A stretch of DNA of 61,967 nt, counting the filler, from Nemertoderma westbladi (Eukaryota; Animalia; Xenacoelomorpha), in the NCBI GenBank assembly GCA_032718475.1. It is 2 parts of 2 records of this genome, joined end to end, with 100 filler letters (N's around TTAATTAATTAA, not from the genome) between each part and the next. Parts side by side here need not be neighbours in the genome. Positions count along the whole stretch, not along the records: positions 1 to 31,511 come from JAUCBJ010002169.1; 1 more part is not named here. The stretch is one strand, 5' to 3'. The notes beneath the pieces were generated by a model. It ran no database searches, had not been told where the DNA came from, and was given only the letters and a program-made list of their open reading frames with translations. Numbering within the stretch: the first letter of the stretch is position 1; each line of letters begins with the position of its first letter. Of the stretch, positions 1-12,574 are shown one piece after another. The translations under genes and the position numbers were made by a program.

Positions 1-42
1 AGCTGGTTGACCCCGGAGTATCCAGCTGGTTGACCCCGGAGT
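1..42. repeat. End of a 23-bp tandem repeat (AGCTGGTTGACCCCGGAGTATCC) running off the left edge
   Basis: AGCTGGTTGACCCCGGAGT occurs at 1 and again at 24. Confidence 0.6.
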
Positions 43-1576
43 TTGCTGATGACCCCGTCGAAACTGATATATTTTGTTTTGTTTTCACACATTATTTTTT
101 ATAAAAGATTGAGTAAGTGACTAGCAGCCTTTTTTTTTAGTTTTAGATATCTGACTGTATCTGTAGATTTGTAAAAACTATAAAATGCTATTAAATGCAC
201 TTAATAAGAGTAATTTATGACATAGAAATCATGATTAGAATAAGTATTTTTAGTATTGTTATATTATTATTTTATATTATTGTATTTTATGCAATAGGGC
301 TACCCCATATTATTTTTTTATTAACCATCCAAGCACTGTAGGGAGGGGGAGGGAGGGGGGGTGGGGGGGGGGGGGGGGGGTTGGCCCACGTGTATTAAGA
401 AATTAAGAACATCCATTACTAGGAAACAAAACATACATTATTTCTAAACACAGTGCTTTAGATTTTAACCATGTTTTGGATGTTCTCTGGTTTTCTTCAA
501 ATTTGAAAATGAGAAGAAATATAATTTTTGGTTCACCAATATTAAACTTTAATAAATTTGCTAAAAAATAATTTTCTTATATCTTGGGGATTTCCATGTC
601 GCTGAATCAAATTTACAACAAAACATAGTAAGTAGTATGGAAGTGTTGTTCAATAATATAGCAGATTTTCAATTTTATGTATGATTTCAATGCAAAAATG
701 TTCTCCTACCACTAATGGCGCACCCCCTCTGTGAGAGTACATCAAATCGACCAGGCGCTACTGATAACCCATTTATTCAATATCCAACAAAATCATATTC
801 AGCCTATTGGAAAAATTACAAATTTACAATTTGGTCCCGGGTCTGGCGTTAATTTTCATGAAAATTTACATACAGTAAAATGTCTAGCGAGAATTTTTTA
901 GTTTTATGGTTTATAAATGTTCTATGATTAGATTCCCAATATGTCCACTACAAATCTCGCAAAATGGCACCTCCATGGTTACGGAACTATATCGGGAGGG
1001 AACGAATAGGAACTATCCTCTATCCTCCATTGCAGCCAATGGCGAAACACCCAAATACCGGTGGTGCTAATAATAGGTTTAAAGTCGATAACTTATAATT
1101 ATTACTCGTTTTTTTCCGGTTTGTTTTATTCGGGAACCGAAAGTTTATAGCGGTTTTCATTATTATATATATGCCTATAGTTTACTAAAACATATTTCAT
1201 TTCAATATAAAGAAATCAATACTTTAAACTTTCAATTCAACTAACATGGATGTTCTGTGTAGTTCTCAGGAGTTTGATTGAAATAGAATCGGACTTCGGA
1301 CAAGCGATGCTGATATACCGATTCCGTAAAGTACCAAATAATTTCAGATGAAACCGAACCGGCCGGGTGAATTCGAACGCGTCACCAAAGGTCGACAGGT
1401 TAACTGCTAGATTGTGAATCCGAGTCTCTAGTTGGGGGTCATTGATTTGTGTGGGACGATTAATTGTAGCGACTGCGCCGTAAGCATTACAATGCTCCTA
1501 AATAATTAATTAATAAAAAAAACGAAAAATATATAAAGGAGAAGAGGTGAACATGGAGTCTGATATTAAACATTAA

Positions 1577-2970
1577 CCCTATTAGTACCGGGCTATAAAA
1601 TGTTGTACAAATATCGGGGGTGGGGGTCATATTGACCCCCCCCCCCCCCCCCCCCCCCTCTAAAATCTACAAATATTAACGAAAACGTCTGATTTTTTGT
1701 TTGTACGTAGGTATCACTAGTCTGGATCTGACCGAAAAAAAATTTTCGAAAAAATGTACTGGGGTGGTAATATTGCAGCACCAAAATTACAAGTAGTGCA
1801 CAATTTTCACAAATTTTGAAAGTTACATTTTTCGGCTAATTGTTTTTCAATACAGGTTTTCTGGGGCGCAAAATATTTCAAAATGATATGATTACCATAA
1901 ATGGCTGTTTAGTCCTCTCTGCGTAGGAAAAAAATGAAAAAAACAAGTAACCAGCACTTTTCAGTTAAAACACAAAATTTTTAATTCACTTATACGATGC
2001 TATAAATTCACATTTTTAGGTTTTCTAGGGCGCTGATTCTAATGGAATACATTTCAAATATGCCAGATCATAGCTACTTGTATTTTTCGGCGTAATTTGG
2101 CAAATTTTGGTGCTGGCACCAAATTTCGTACCCATCACCAAAAAGTACAAGTTGCGATCTCCAGTGCTGTTTTTATTGATTCCATTGGATTCAGGACCCT
2201 CATAAACCCGTATAACGCAAGAAACAAGATGATACTATCTACTGATCAATTTACTCATTTTCCAAAATTTGGTGCTGGCACAACAATTTTCACCCACCGA
2301 CGAAAAATACAAGTTTGAAAACTCTTATGAAATTTTTACTGATTCCATTGAATTCAGAACCCTAACATACCCGTAAAACGCAAGAAACAAGGTGACACAA
2401 TCAATTGATATATTTGATGGTTTTCAAAATTTCGTGCTAGCACCAAAATTTGAACACAGCACCGAAAAATACAAGTTTGATACGCTTGGTGCAACTCGTA
2501 CATATTTCATCGAAACCAGAACCCCAAAAAACCCCCATTGCGTAAAAAACAAGTTTCAAACAATCAATTTACAAAATTGACATATTTCAAAATTTGGTGC
2601 TGGCACCAAAATTTGGCACCCGCCGAAAAAAACAAGATTGAAATTTCTAAATCAATTTATATGAATTCCATCGAATTGCTAACACCAAAAAACCGGTGTA
2701 AATCAAAAATAGAGATGTTACAATTAATATTTAATGAAATGTAATTTTCAAAAAACGTCTCAAAAAAAGTGCCAAAAGTAGGGTTCAAAAATGGTGCTAT
2801 AACTCGAAAACTACCAAATATTTTTGAAAACGGTTTTCACTACTAGGAAGACAATAGATTTTTAGGAAAAGTCATAAAATTTCAGATTCCCAACTGCGTT
2901 TGTTTCAGAATTATAATAAAAAAACCATGGGAGGGGGTCATATTGACCCCCCCCCCCGGGTTTAAGAGGG
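1577..2970. mobile_element. Non-autonomous piggyBac-type DNA transposon (~1.4 kb)
   Basis: TTAA at 1573-1576 and 2971-2974. Ends are CCCTATTAGTACCGGG and CCCGGGTTTAAGAGGG, an imperfect TIR starting CCCT. The palindrome GGGGTCATATTGACCCC lies near both ends (~1623 and ~2934). No transposase ORF. Confidence 0.85.
2095..2720. repeat. Four diverged ~160-bp tandem units inside the piggyBac element
   Basis: The dyad AAATTT(T)GGTGCTGGCACCAAA(A)TTT recurs at about 2102, 2265, 2427 and 2590. Confidence 0.75.
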
Positions 2971-3454
2971 TTAAGGAGTAAATGAAGGATATTGATATGA
3001 AAGCAGATACTATGAGCGGTAGTGAAACTTCTTCGGACGCTAAAAGAAGGAAAAATAATTATTATTAAATTAAGATTTTTCTTAAATTATATTTTTCCGC
3101 AAGTCGGATATTATTGTAGGCTGTTTCTTTAGTTACTACCATACGATGGGTCTCTAGTAGCCGCTTAGTGTAATATTTTCTATCAGTGGGACTATTCTGG
3201 CCAGTTCCGTAATAGTATAAATATCAGATTTTTGTTATTAATTTAAGAAGGATTTCAAACTTAATATGGCTTGGCAAAATCTATTTTAGTTCTCCTGTGA
3301 TTGCACCTCTCGTCCCCATTAGGTCGTCCCCATTAGGTCGGACGGAGGATGCTTTGGAAATTGTTACACATGGTATATCCACTATTTACTTACATGTAAA
3401 CAGTACGTGACATAGAACATGATAAATAGCTATTTTGGGATTATCCTTACCAAC

Positions 3455-3574
3455 CTGTGTATATTCGCCAGGCAATCCAAGCATTCTGCAACTGCTGCCT
3501 AAAGCACCGTCGCATACAACAACCACAGTCAATCCAATACCACTCACTAGTTTATCTTGTAGTTGTTTCGTAAA
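3455..3574 (-). CDS. Exon 3 of spliced FAD-dependent oxidoreductase/monooxygenase-like gene
   Basis: Acceptor ttttcag, then FTKQLQDKLVSGIGLTVVVVCDGALGSSCRMLGLPGEYTQ, then a GT donor. Phase 0 matches exon 2. VVVCDGxxxxxxRxLG resembles the DG fingerprint of flavoprotein monooxygenases. An alternative gtaag donor lies 4 nt further on. Confidence 0.75.
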
Positions 3575-3771
3575 CTGAAAATCATGTTAAATTAAACATA
3601 TATTATTCTTAGATGTTAAATATAATATTAATTGCAGATGTAATAAGTATGAGCTTAGTAAATACAGTGTAAAACATGTTATCTGCTGTTTATATCGGTA
3701 AAATTGTCTAACACCGATAACAATGTCTCAATTGTCTCTAATAGCAGTACATTGTTACATTATATTATCAC

Positions 3772-3958
3772 CTTGCAGCCAAACATAACTTCAACCTTTT
3801 CTCCATGATTCGATATGCGTTCTAGAACGTATTCAATGTAATGACCAATAATGCAAGTGTGCCATCTGCCCATCCATTTGCCTCGCATAGCACTTGGATC
3901 CAACTTATGTTCTTCCAAAAATATTACTGACTTCTCATCAAAACATACCGGATGTTGT
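3772..3958 (-). CDS. Exon 2 of spliced FAD-dependent oxidoreductase/monooxygenase-like gene
   Basis: Acceptor attttgcag and donor AAG|gtgata. The 187 nt are open from phase 2 to phase 0: (R)QHPVCFDEKSVIFLEEHKLDPSAMRGKWMGRWHTCIIGHYIEYVLERISNHGEKVEVMFGCK. Confidence 0.75.
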
Positions 3959-4667
3959 CTGCAAAATAATTATATGAATGATTGTATCCTCGGTACATGT
4001 CAGGTATAAAATAATTTCATGTTTGTATTACTTTTGTTATCGTTTACTTTTGCAGTTTACCCCATCAATCCGGAAGAACCTCAAATTTTTTCATAACAAA
4101 AGGTATTGCAGACTGAATCAATCCATAATAATATACAATTTAGAGATATAAAACCGAATAATAACTAACTGATTACTAAATCAGCAGAAATGTAGTATAC
4201 CAAATCTTCACAATCTAAAATTATTATAATTAAATATTCACAGAAAAGTGAAAACCTCCTATTCTTCACATACAGTAGCATAGGCGGCTATTTGAACTGA
4301 AAATGGCGGAAATTTGCTTTCAAATATATTGGATTCAGGTTACAACAACTTTATATTTTATAAAACAGTGGATCGTTCAAGGATCTGACTGCTGTAAAAC
4401 CGCTATCCATATCACCAGTCGGCCCATTAATTCGTTAATATTCTGGTAAATTAGGAAGTTTGTAACATATTTACCGTAATTTAAACCTATGACAGTTTGT
4501 TGGAAAAGTAAATCTGCGATAGCTTTTCCATTATTTGGTATTTGAATCTGTGACAGTTTGTCCCTTATTTTTAATGCCTTATTAATGTATTTGAATAATG
4601 TATATCTATGACAGCTAGTCCGCCATGGGTTGTATTTGATGTGATTCTGGGATAGTTATTACAGTTT

Positions 4668-5202
4668 AATAGGCTTTCCAGGATTTGGAAGTCACCTAGA
4701 ATTAATCGGAAACTTAAGGTCCGATTATTTAGAGCAGCAGTAGTTCCAGTACTCCTCTACGGGAGTCCATGCTGGGCTCTAACTGCTGAGGACACCAAAT
4801 CTCTGGATGGCACATTCACAAGAATGCTACGCCGGGTACATTGTGTCAAGTACAATGCACACATCTCCAACCAGACACTATATAACATTGGAGGTGTCTC
4901 ATTGGTTCCCCCAAGCTTGACACTAGAACAAAATCGCCTCCGCTTTGCAGGACATTGCTTTCGCCGTGAGGACCAGCCAGTGCATAATCTTGTACTTTGG
5001 CAGCCTCATGGAGTGAATAAGCATGGTGGACAGCCCATGACTTTCTTGAGACGCATCTTAAAGGACACTGGCCTTAAAGATGCGGATGATCTAGCAAATG
5101 TCATGGGTGATAGGGAGTTGTGGCGGTGCAATTTTGTTGACAAGCCGGCACAGCATTCTTAAAAATGCAGCTGCAATGCAGCATGCCGATCCTAGTAGTA
5201 GT
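4668..5202 (+). mobile_element. 5'-truncated RTE-clade LINE in intron 1 of the flavoprotein gene
   Basis: C-terminal RT motifs LLYGS, RLRFAGHCFR and DRELWR, with a (TAG)n tail. Nearly identical to 23746-24282. Confidence 0.85.
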
Positions 5203-5222
5203 ATTACAGTTTAGCTACTTAC

Positions 5223-5485
5223 CTTCCAATGGTGTCTCTTCGTTGATTTTCTTCTATAAGATAAACTCGCCGTATATGGGGATTCATTGCCAATATATAT
5301 GCGGTCGTTACTCCTATTGGCCCCGCGCCAACGCAAATCGCGTCGATATAAGTCAACTGTTTGCGTAATAACGCAGCTACATGACGGCAAGCTAACTGCG
5401 CTCCAACTACAATTGTCGTCACAATAACGTATTTAAGGAAAACATATGATTCAACAATTTCCACATGTTCCGTATTCGAAGTCAT
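5223..5485 (-). CDS. Exon 1 of spliced FAD-dependent oxidoreductase/monooxygenase-like gene
   Basis: ATG at 5485, a hydrophobic N-terminal segment, then the Rossmann motif ICVGAGPIGVTTAYILA...RRVYLIEE. Consensus donor AG|gtaagt at 5222, phase 2. Confidence 0.8.
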
Positions 5486-6639
5486 TATATATCTGTAAAT
5501 ATTCTCATAATTTTAATATTTCAAGAAAAAAAATATGGCAATACAACAAAATTGGGGCCTATATATCAATATATATTTCAAAATATAAATGACACGTAAT
5601 ATAAATTTACATTATTTGAAAATAAAAATGTAACAAACTACTCAAATAGGGAAACTAAATATTATCCTTCGATGAAAATTGTCTTATTTATATTGAATTT
5701 TTATTATTACTCATATTTAAATATACAGTTGTGCAGAAAACATGTCACATTGCATGTCTACCAAAACTTTCGATAAATCAATAAAATAAGTAACGTAAAA
5801 CAATATAACATGCTTATTCTATTATTAATCATACATTATTATGTTAAATTAATATATGATTGCGCCATCTGTGTCCATTTTGCAGCAGTAATCTCTACCT
5901 TTAGACCTAAACTGTGTGCACTAACTACTAGGCCTACCAAGGAGCTGTACAGCAATCCAATCAGAGAGTGGTAAACAACAATCAGAGCACGTAATATCGT
6001 TTTGCCTTTGGTGTAAAGTACATTAATAATACTGTACAATGTGCAGTACTGATTATAGTCTAGACGGGTAAATACCACGAGAAGGTGTCCGGCTTTCTGA
6101 AATATCAATTATATTATTATCTATCCCCTTTAACCTTTAACCTTTAACTTGATTGGTTAATAGGTTTAGCCCCATAAGTCCAGAAAACCATTATAGACAT
6201 TTTTGCACAAAGAAACAATTTGAGTCCCTTCCCAATAATAGTTCAGCATCGTAATTAATTATCATTCCAGTTTGCTTATGTGTAATGTTTATTTTCGCTT
6301 TGAAAGGTTTTGTAAAATAATTATTATTGTGTATGTGTATAGAATGTTACTATTTAGTCGTATGGTCATGGGGAGCTTACATTTCGGCAAGAATATTGCT
6401 TTAAAGGAACTCGGGAGGCTTATCTTAATATATGTAATTCTGGGAAGACCGCACTGGAAATAAATTGACAGACTTTGTGTGTATGCGTAATCGCTGGCCT
6501 ATTTTTTATTTTTCATAATCACAACTCTTGTCTTAACCGAAATTTTCAGTTAATCGATTTTCGTTTCAGGTAAGGATGTTTCTTTCAATCTCTACAACCA
6601 TATTTACTACATTTCCGGATACGCAGCTAGACATACAGT

Positions 6640-9235
6640 TTGTCTTTTGCCACGGACGTTTGCCTTTTGTCAGGGAAGTTTGGCTTTTGTCACGGACGTT
6701 TGGCTTTTGTCACGGACGTGAGGCTTTTTACACGGAAGTTTGGATTTTGTCAGGGATGTTTGTCTTTTGTCAGGGACGTTTGCCTTTTTCAGGGACGTTC
6801 GGCTTTTGTCACGGACGTTTGGGTTTTGCCACGGACGTTTGGCTTTAGTTACGAACATTATTAGGCTTTTGTCACGGACGATCGGCTATTGTCACGGACG
6901 TTTGGCTTTTGTCACGGACGTTTGGCTTTTGCCACGGACGTTTGGCTTTTGTCACGGACTTTTAGCTTTTGTCACGCGCGTTTGGTTGTCACGGACGTTT
7001 AGTTTTTGTCACGGATGTTTGGTTGTCACGGAGGTTTGGCTTTCGTCACCGACGTTTGGATTTTGTCATGGACGTTTGGCTTTTGTCAAGGACGTTTGGC
7101 TTTTGTCACGGACGTTTGGCTTTTGTCACGGACGTTTGGCTTTTGTCACGGACGTGAGGCTTTTTACACGGAAGTTAGAATTTTGTCAGGGGTGTTTGTC
7201 TTTTGTCAGGGAAGTTAGCCTTTTTTCAGGGACGTTCGGCTTTTGTCACGGACGTTTGGGTTTTGCCACGGACGTTTGGCTTTAGTTACGAACATTATTA
7301 GGCTTTTGTCACGGACGATTGGCTTTTGTCACGGACGTTTGGCTTTTGTCAAGGACGTTTGGCTTTTGCCACGGAGGTTTGGCTTTTGCCACGGACGTTT
7401 GGCTTTAGTCACGGACTTTTAGCTTTTGTCACGTGCATTTGGTTGTCACGGACGTTTAGCTTTTGTCACGGATGTTTGGTTGTCGCGGAGGTTTGGCTTT
7501 CGTCATCGACGTTTGGATTTTGTCATGGACGTTTGGATTTTGTCAATGACGTTTGGCTTTTGTCACGGACGTTTGGCTTTTGTCACGGACGTTTAGCTTT
7601 TGTCACGGACGTTTGGTTGTCACGGACGTTTAGCTTTTGTCACGGATGTTTGGTTGTCACGGAGGTTTGGCTTTTGTCACGGACGTTTGGCTTTTGTCAC
7701 GGACGTTTGGCTTTTGTCGAGGACGTTTGGCTTTTTTCACGGACGTTTAGCTTTTGTCACGGACGTTTGGTTGTCATGGACGTTTAGCTTTTGTCACGGA
7801 TGTTTGGCTTTTGTCACGGACGTTTGGTTTTGTCACGGACGTTTGGCTTTTGTCACGGACTTTTAGCTTTTGTCACGGGCGTTTGGTTGTCACGGACGTT
7901 TAGCTTTTGTCACGGATGTTTGGTTGTCACGGTGGTTTGGCTTTCGTCACCGATGTTTGGTTGTCATGGACGTTTGGCTTTTGTCAAGGACGTTTGGCTT
8001 TTGTCACGGACGTTTGGCTTTTGTCACGGACGTTTGGCTTTTGTCAGGGACGTTTAGCTTTTGTCACGGACGTTTGGTTGTCACGGACGTTTAGCTTTTG
8101 TCACGGATGTTTGTTTGTCACGGAGGTTTGGCTTTTGTCACGGACGTTTGGCTTTTGTCACGGACGTTTGGCTTTTCACGAGGACGTTTGGCTTTTGTCA
8201 CGGACGTTTGGTTGTCATGGACGCTTAGCTTTTGTCACGGATGTTTGTCTTTTGTCGAGGACGTTTGGCTTTTGTCACGGCCGTTTGGCTTTTGTCACGG
8301 ACGTTTAGCTTTTGTCAGTGACGTTTGTCTTTTGTCACGGACGTTTAGCTTTTGTCACGGACGTTTAGCTTTTGTCACGGATGTTTGGTTGTCACGGAGG
8401 TTTGGCTTTTGTCACGGACGTTTGGCTTTTGTCACGGACGTTTGGCTTTTGTCGAGGACGTTTGGCTTTTTTCACGGACGTTTAGCTTTTGTCACGGACG
8501 TTTGGTTGTCATGGACGTTTAGCTTTTGTCACGGATGTTTGGTTGTCACGGACGTTTGGCTTTTGTCATGGACGTGAGTCTTTTTACACGGAAGTTTGGC
8601 TTTTGTCAGGGATGTTTGTCTTTTGTCAGGGACGTTTAGCTTTTGTCACGGATGTTTGGCTTTTGTCACGGCCGTTTAGCTTTTGTCAGGGATGTTTGTA
8701 TTTTGTCACGGACGTTTGGTTGTCATGGACGTTTAGCTTTTGTCACGGATGTTTGGCTTTTGTCACGGACGTTTGGCTTTTGTCACGGATGTTTGGTTGT
8801 CACGGAGGTTTGGCTTTTATCACGGACGTTTGGATTTTGTCACGGACGTTTGGCTTTTGTCACGGACGTTTGGTTGTCATGGACGTTTAGCTTTTGTCAC
8901 GGATGTTTGGTTGTCACGGACGTTTGGCTTTTGTCATGGACGTGAGTCTTTTTACACGGAAGTTTGGCTTTTGTCAGGGATGTTTGTCTTTTGTCAGGGA
9001 CGTTTAGCTTTTGTCACGGATGTTTGGCTTTTGTCACGGACGTTTGGCTTTTGTCACGGATGTTTGGCTTTTGTCACGGACGTTTGGCTTTTGTCATGGA
9101 CGTTTAGCTTTTGTCACGGATGTTTGGCTCTTGTCACGGACGTTTAGCTTTTGTCACGGACGTTTGGTTGTTGTCACGGAGTTTTGGCTTTTGCTACGGG
9201 TGTTTGGCTTTTGTCACGGACGTTTAAGTGTTGCC
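6640..9235. repeat. ~20-bp minisatellite, consensus GTCACGGACGTTTGGCTTTT (~2.6 kb)
   Basis: Visible tandem array with 17-bp deletion variants and repeated variant blocks. It accounts for all the overlapping repetitive ORFs at 6576-9334. Confidence 0.97.
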
Positions 9236-9886
9236 ATGGATGTTTCACTGCTTTCCTGCACCTTGCCTGCGACTTTCGCGGGAGGGACGTGGCGGGTCTG
9301 GGCTGCGATACGCGTTGACCCTGGCTATTTTTGACAATGGTAGGTAGCCTGTTTTTTTTACTGTTGTCGGCTATTGTCGCATGGTGACGGGTGTTGTTGC
9401 AAATAATTGCACCACCTTCCCTAATTTCAGCCAACCTCGAGTACATATTCCTTAATATGCATGTTGTTCTGTGGGGCGAGCCACGAAGTTGTTCTGTAAG
9501 TGTAAATTGCTTTTACTTAACTTATATACACTTACCAAAACCTGACAAACAATTAAATTTCATTCTGTAATGTAAATGGTTTATTTTGCATGATATAAAC
9601 TGATAAAAACTAGTTACAAGTTTAATATATACTGTAGAGTGAATAATATAGGCTATATTTACAGCTCAAAACAAAGTGTTTTCAAATATTATCAATAAGT
9701 TTCAGGGTCTCGTTTCATATTTCACGCACTCGCTTACACTCGTTCGTGTAAATATTCCCGCTCGAGCCGGCGTAAAATACAGTGCAACTTAATTTAAATC
9801 AAATGTAGAGTTAATATTGTTATTGTATTTTTTGTTATTGTATTGTTGTTATTATATTGATATTATACTAATACTTACTGTAAGTA

Positions 9887-9922
9887 CAGGGCCGGATTAA
9901 GCCATGGTGGGGACTGGGGCTA
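9887..9922 (+). mobile_element. Orphan hAT-like terminal sequence (CAGGGCCGGATTAA...)
   Basis: Same CAGGGCCGGATT start followed by GGTGGG as at 56506. No partner TIR was found. Confidence 0.35.
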
Positions 9923-10519
9923 ATATAAATTTGTTGTCCTTTCAGGTTTTAAAAATAAAAATTATCGTAAGGAACACGGCTGATTCTTAGGTATTTTAAT
10001 TTAATGACACTTTCATAAATAATTGCTATTTTTTTTCCATTGTTAAAATTTACAGATAATTTGTATAGGTTTCAAAAGATATTTCAGACAATTTAATATA
10101 ATAATGTTTAAGTAGGTACCTACTTTATATAAAAGGCTGTTATTGGACCATTTTGTTGAATACATTACTTTTACTGTTAGACGTTAACTATAAGAGTAAA
10201 TTATTCTTAAATAATGGGCCAATAATAATATATTTTTATACAAAGTAGGTACTTATTTAGTATTAGTAGAATTTTTCACCCCAGTCATTAACCATACAAC
10301 CAGTCCATAGCCATTATTGGCTATTGTATTAATAAAGCGTTAATTTATTATTAATGCATGAATTAATAAGTTGTACTTGTAATTAATTATATATTCATGA
10401 CATGGCATAATTACAATAATATTTTGCATAGAATGTAAGGTAATTTATAATACTGCCTCCGGGGATTTAGGCTGAAGAGGTGCACAAACATCGGAATAAT
10501 GGACGGTATATATAATATA

Positions 10520-11165
10520 ATAATTGACCTCCCTAATGCATTGGAGCTGCACATTGAGATGTTATGCTGGCTTAACAAAAATATTTATGTCACCGCCATG
10601 CAATCCACAATGGCAAGCACAATGCAGTTATTGTTATTATTATATTCTTTATTTCAGATTACAGTAAATCCATAGACGTTTGTAATAGTTATGGCACAGA
10701 CACAAATAGTATAAAGATATATGTAATTATCGAATTATAATAATAATATAGGGTTTTGCATTGCGCTTATTCTGGCCATACGTGACCCATATTATTATTC
10801 ACTGCATGTAAAATGTTGTTATTAGTAATGTTAATCCGATTAAATAAACTTGTTACCGCTCTATGCCTAAAGTGTATAAACAATGGAATATTAAGTTTCT
10901 CTAACTCTAGTGAAATACTCGTAGTCTCTCCCTCAGTAACATGCAGCGTGCATTAAGTATTCTATGCCGGCTTATCAACTAAATTGCACCGCCTCAACTC
11001 CCTCCCTACCCCCATGACTTTGTCCTTTCTTGAAGCGTCTCAAGAAAGTCATGGGATGTCCAGGTGTCCACCATGCTTATTCTCTCCATGAGGCTGCAAC
11101 ACCACAAGATTGTGCACATGCTGGTCCTCACAGCAAAAGCAATATCATGCAAAGGGGATGCGGTT
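10520..11165 (-). mobile_element. Degenerate RTE 3' end in two pieces (10520-10630, 10940-11165)
   Basis: Reverse-complement similarity to the RTE 3' end at 24020-24260. Direct similarity to 26140-26320. Confidence 0.65.
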
Positions 11166-11760
11166 TTTTTTTGGAATGGACGATGGTGCAGGTTTGCCAG
11201 GCCCTCCATTTACCTTTGTTGACTTGAATTCATTTATAATATAGAAAATGAATAGCTTTATAGGTATACTGTATAATTGCCGGTATGTAAAGTGCAATAT
11301 TGAATGTATTTTTAGACGTTTATTGTGTTAAGATGTTATAAATCGCTGTAATTCTGTTAAAAAAATTTGTAATGAATTTACTAAAGCAATACTAAAACTA
11401 AATACTCAGACTTAGTAACGAAATCCAATAAACAACCATTTTAATTTAATATATCATGGTGACTTGATGGAGATTTAAAATTAATAAGATATTCAATATT
11501 GATGTACCAATACCAAATCATTTAGTGAAAAATAATTAGTAACGCATTATATATATATAAATAATATATATATTATATATATAACGCATTTTGGTATTAC
11601 ACCACTAGAGTTTTAATTGTAGTGAGTGGTTAAAGACGGCCAAGTACTGCAGGATTGAGCAAAGTCGCAGTAGATTATGGTATTGACAGATGGGAGGCCA
11701 TGAGGACGCAAATTGCGGGCATACAAGGTATCAGGTAGTATTTCCAGGTTTACATTTTAC

Positions 11761-11960
11761 TTGCCGCTAGCTGAATGGTTAGAGCATCAGACTTCCAACG
11801 CGGAGGTCACCAGTTCGATCCCGCCTGGTCGTCTTTGCCGTCTTTGCAAAGCTGTGCCCAACAAACATGATAGTTGCAGAAATCCGCGTAAATACTTTAA
11901 CGGAAGGCATGGAATTAAAGTTTTTACGTATGGCCGCTGTGGGCCACCGTACATTTATTA
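11761..11960 (+). mobile_element. tRNA-derived SINE-like element or tRNA pseudogene
   Basis: A-box-like TAGCTGAATGGTTAGAGC, loop CTTCCAA and B-box-like AGTTCGATCCC at 11768-11822. The anticodon stem does not pair, so this is not a functional tRNA. The 3' boundary is approximate. Confidence 0.6.
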
Positions 11961-12574
11961 TTAATTGGCATTAATTATTTCCATTTCGTTAAAAGTTGGG
12001 CCTCAAGGATATTAAACATGCAGTGGCGGGAGACAGAATCAATCTTCATTGATATGATAATTCTTCAAGCGCCAGGATACTTTTGGTACTTCCACCTTTT
12101 CGGAACCCATTTCTGTTTCCTCGCATTTAGCCATTAAACATGATATGGAATCAACCGCACGTTTTATACGGACAGTAACTAGCTTGTTTGTCCAATAGGC
12201 AAAGCCCAGCCCATGCACGCGTATTATACTTGCAAGGAAGGATATATTGCTTGTCTATTGGAGAGATAAAATAAGCTCATGTGGAATCAACAGGATAATT
12301 AATAAATTACGATTCAAAGTGAATCTTCTATAAAAAGAGAAAGAGCAGTGGAACTGTTTGTTCTCTTATTAAGCTGATGTAACAATTTAATCAGAATAGT
12401 CTGCGTTCATACATACATATAACGCGGAACCCCATGATAATGTATTCAATCCCTCCGCCTCTACAATTCAACACCGCCTTTGTTTAGGATCAATATGTAA
12501 ATCTACACATTAAGACTCGTTAGTTCTTTTGAGTTTTACATAATTCAGGAACACGAAAACCCCACCTCGAAACC

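Noticed and set aside
910-1066. Possible exon 4 of the flavoprotein gene (minus strand, HHRYLGVSPLAAMEDRG)
   Set aside because: In-frame TAG after 17 codons, a weak acceptor, and no recognisable motif.
6127-6148. Telomere-like (TTTAACC)n
   Set aside because: Only about 3 units and not the canonical animal repeat.
6576-9334. Many overlapping ORFs with FGFCHGRLAFVTDVWLLSRT repeats
   Set aside because: They are translations of the 20-bp minisatellite, with the same peptide cycling through all three frames.
10111-10255. Small imperfect inverted repeat (GTACCTACTTT...AAAGTAGGTAC)
   Set aside because: Probably a decayed MITE, but no TSD or second copy was found to support a call.
11761-11832. 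Functional tRNA-Gly(TCC)
   Set aside because: The anticodon and acceptor stems do not pair convincingly; treated as a SINE head or pseudogene.
12060-12130. Short minus-strand similarity to the RTE NGFRKG motif
   Set aside because: Too short and degraded to delimit as a feature.
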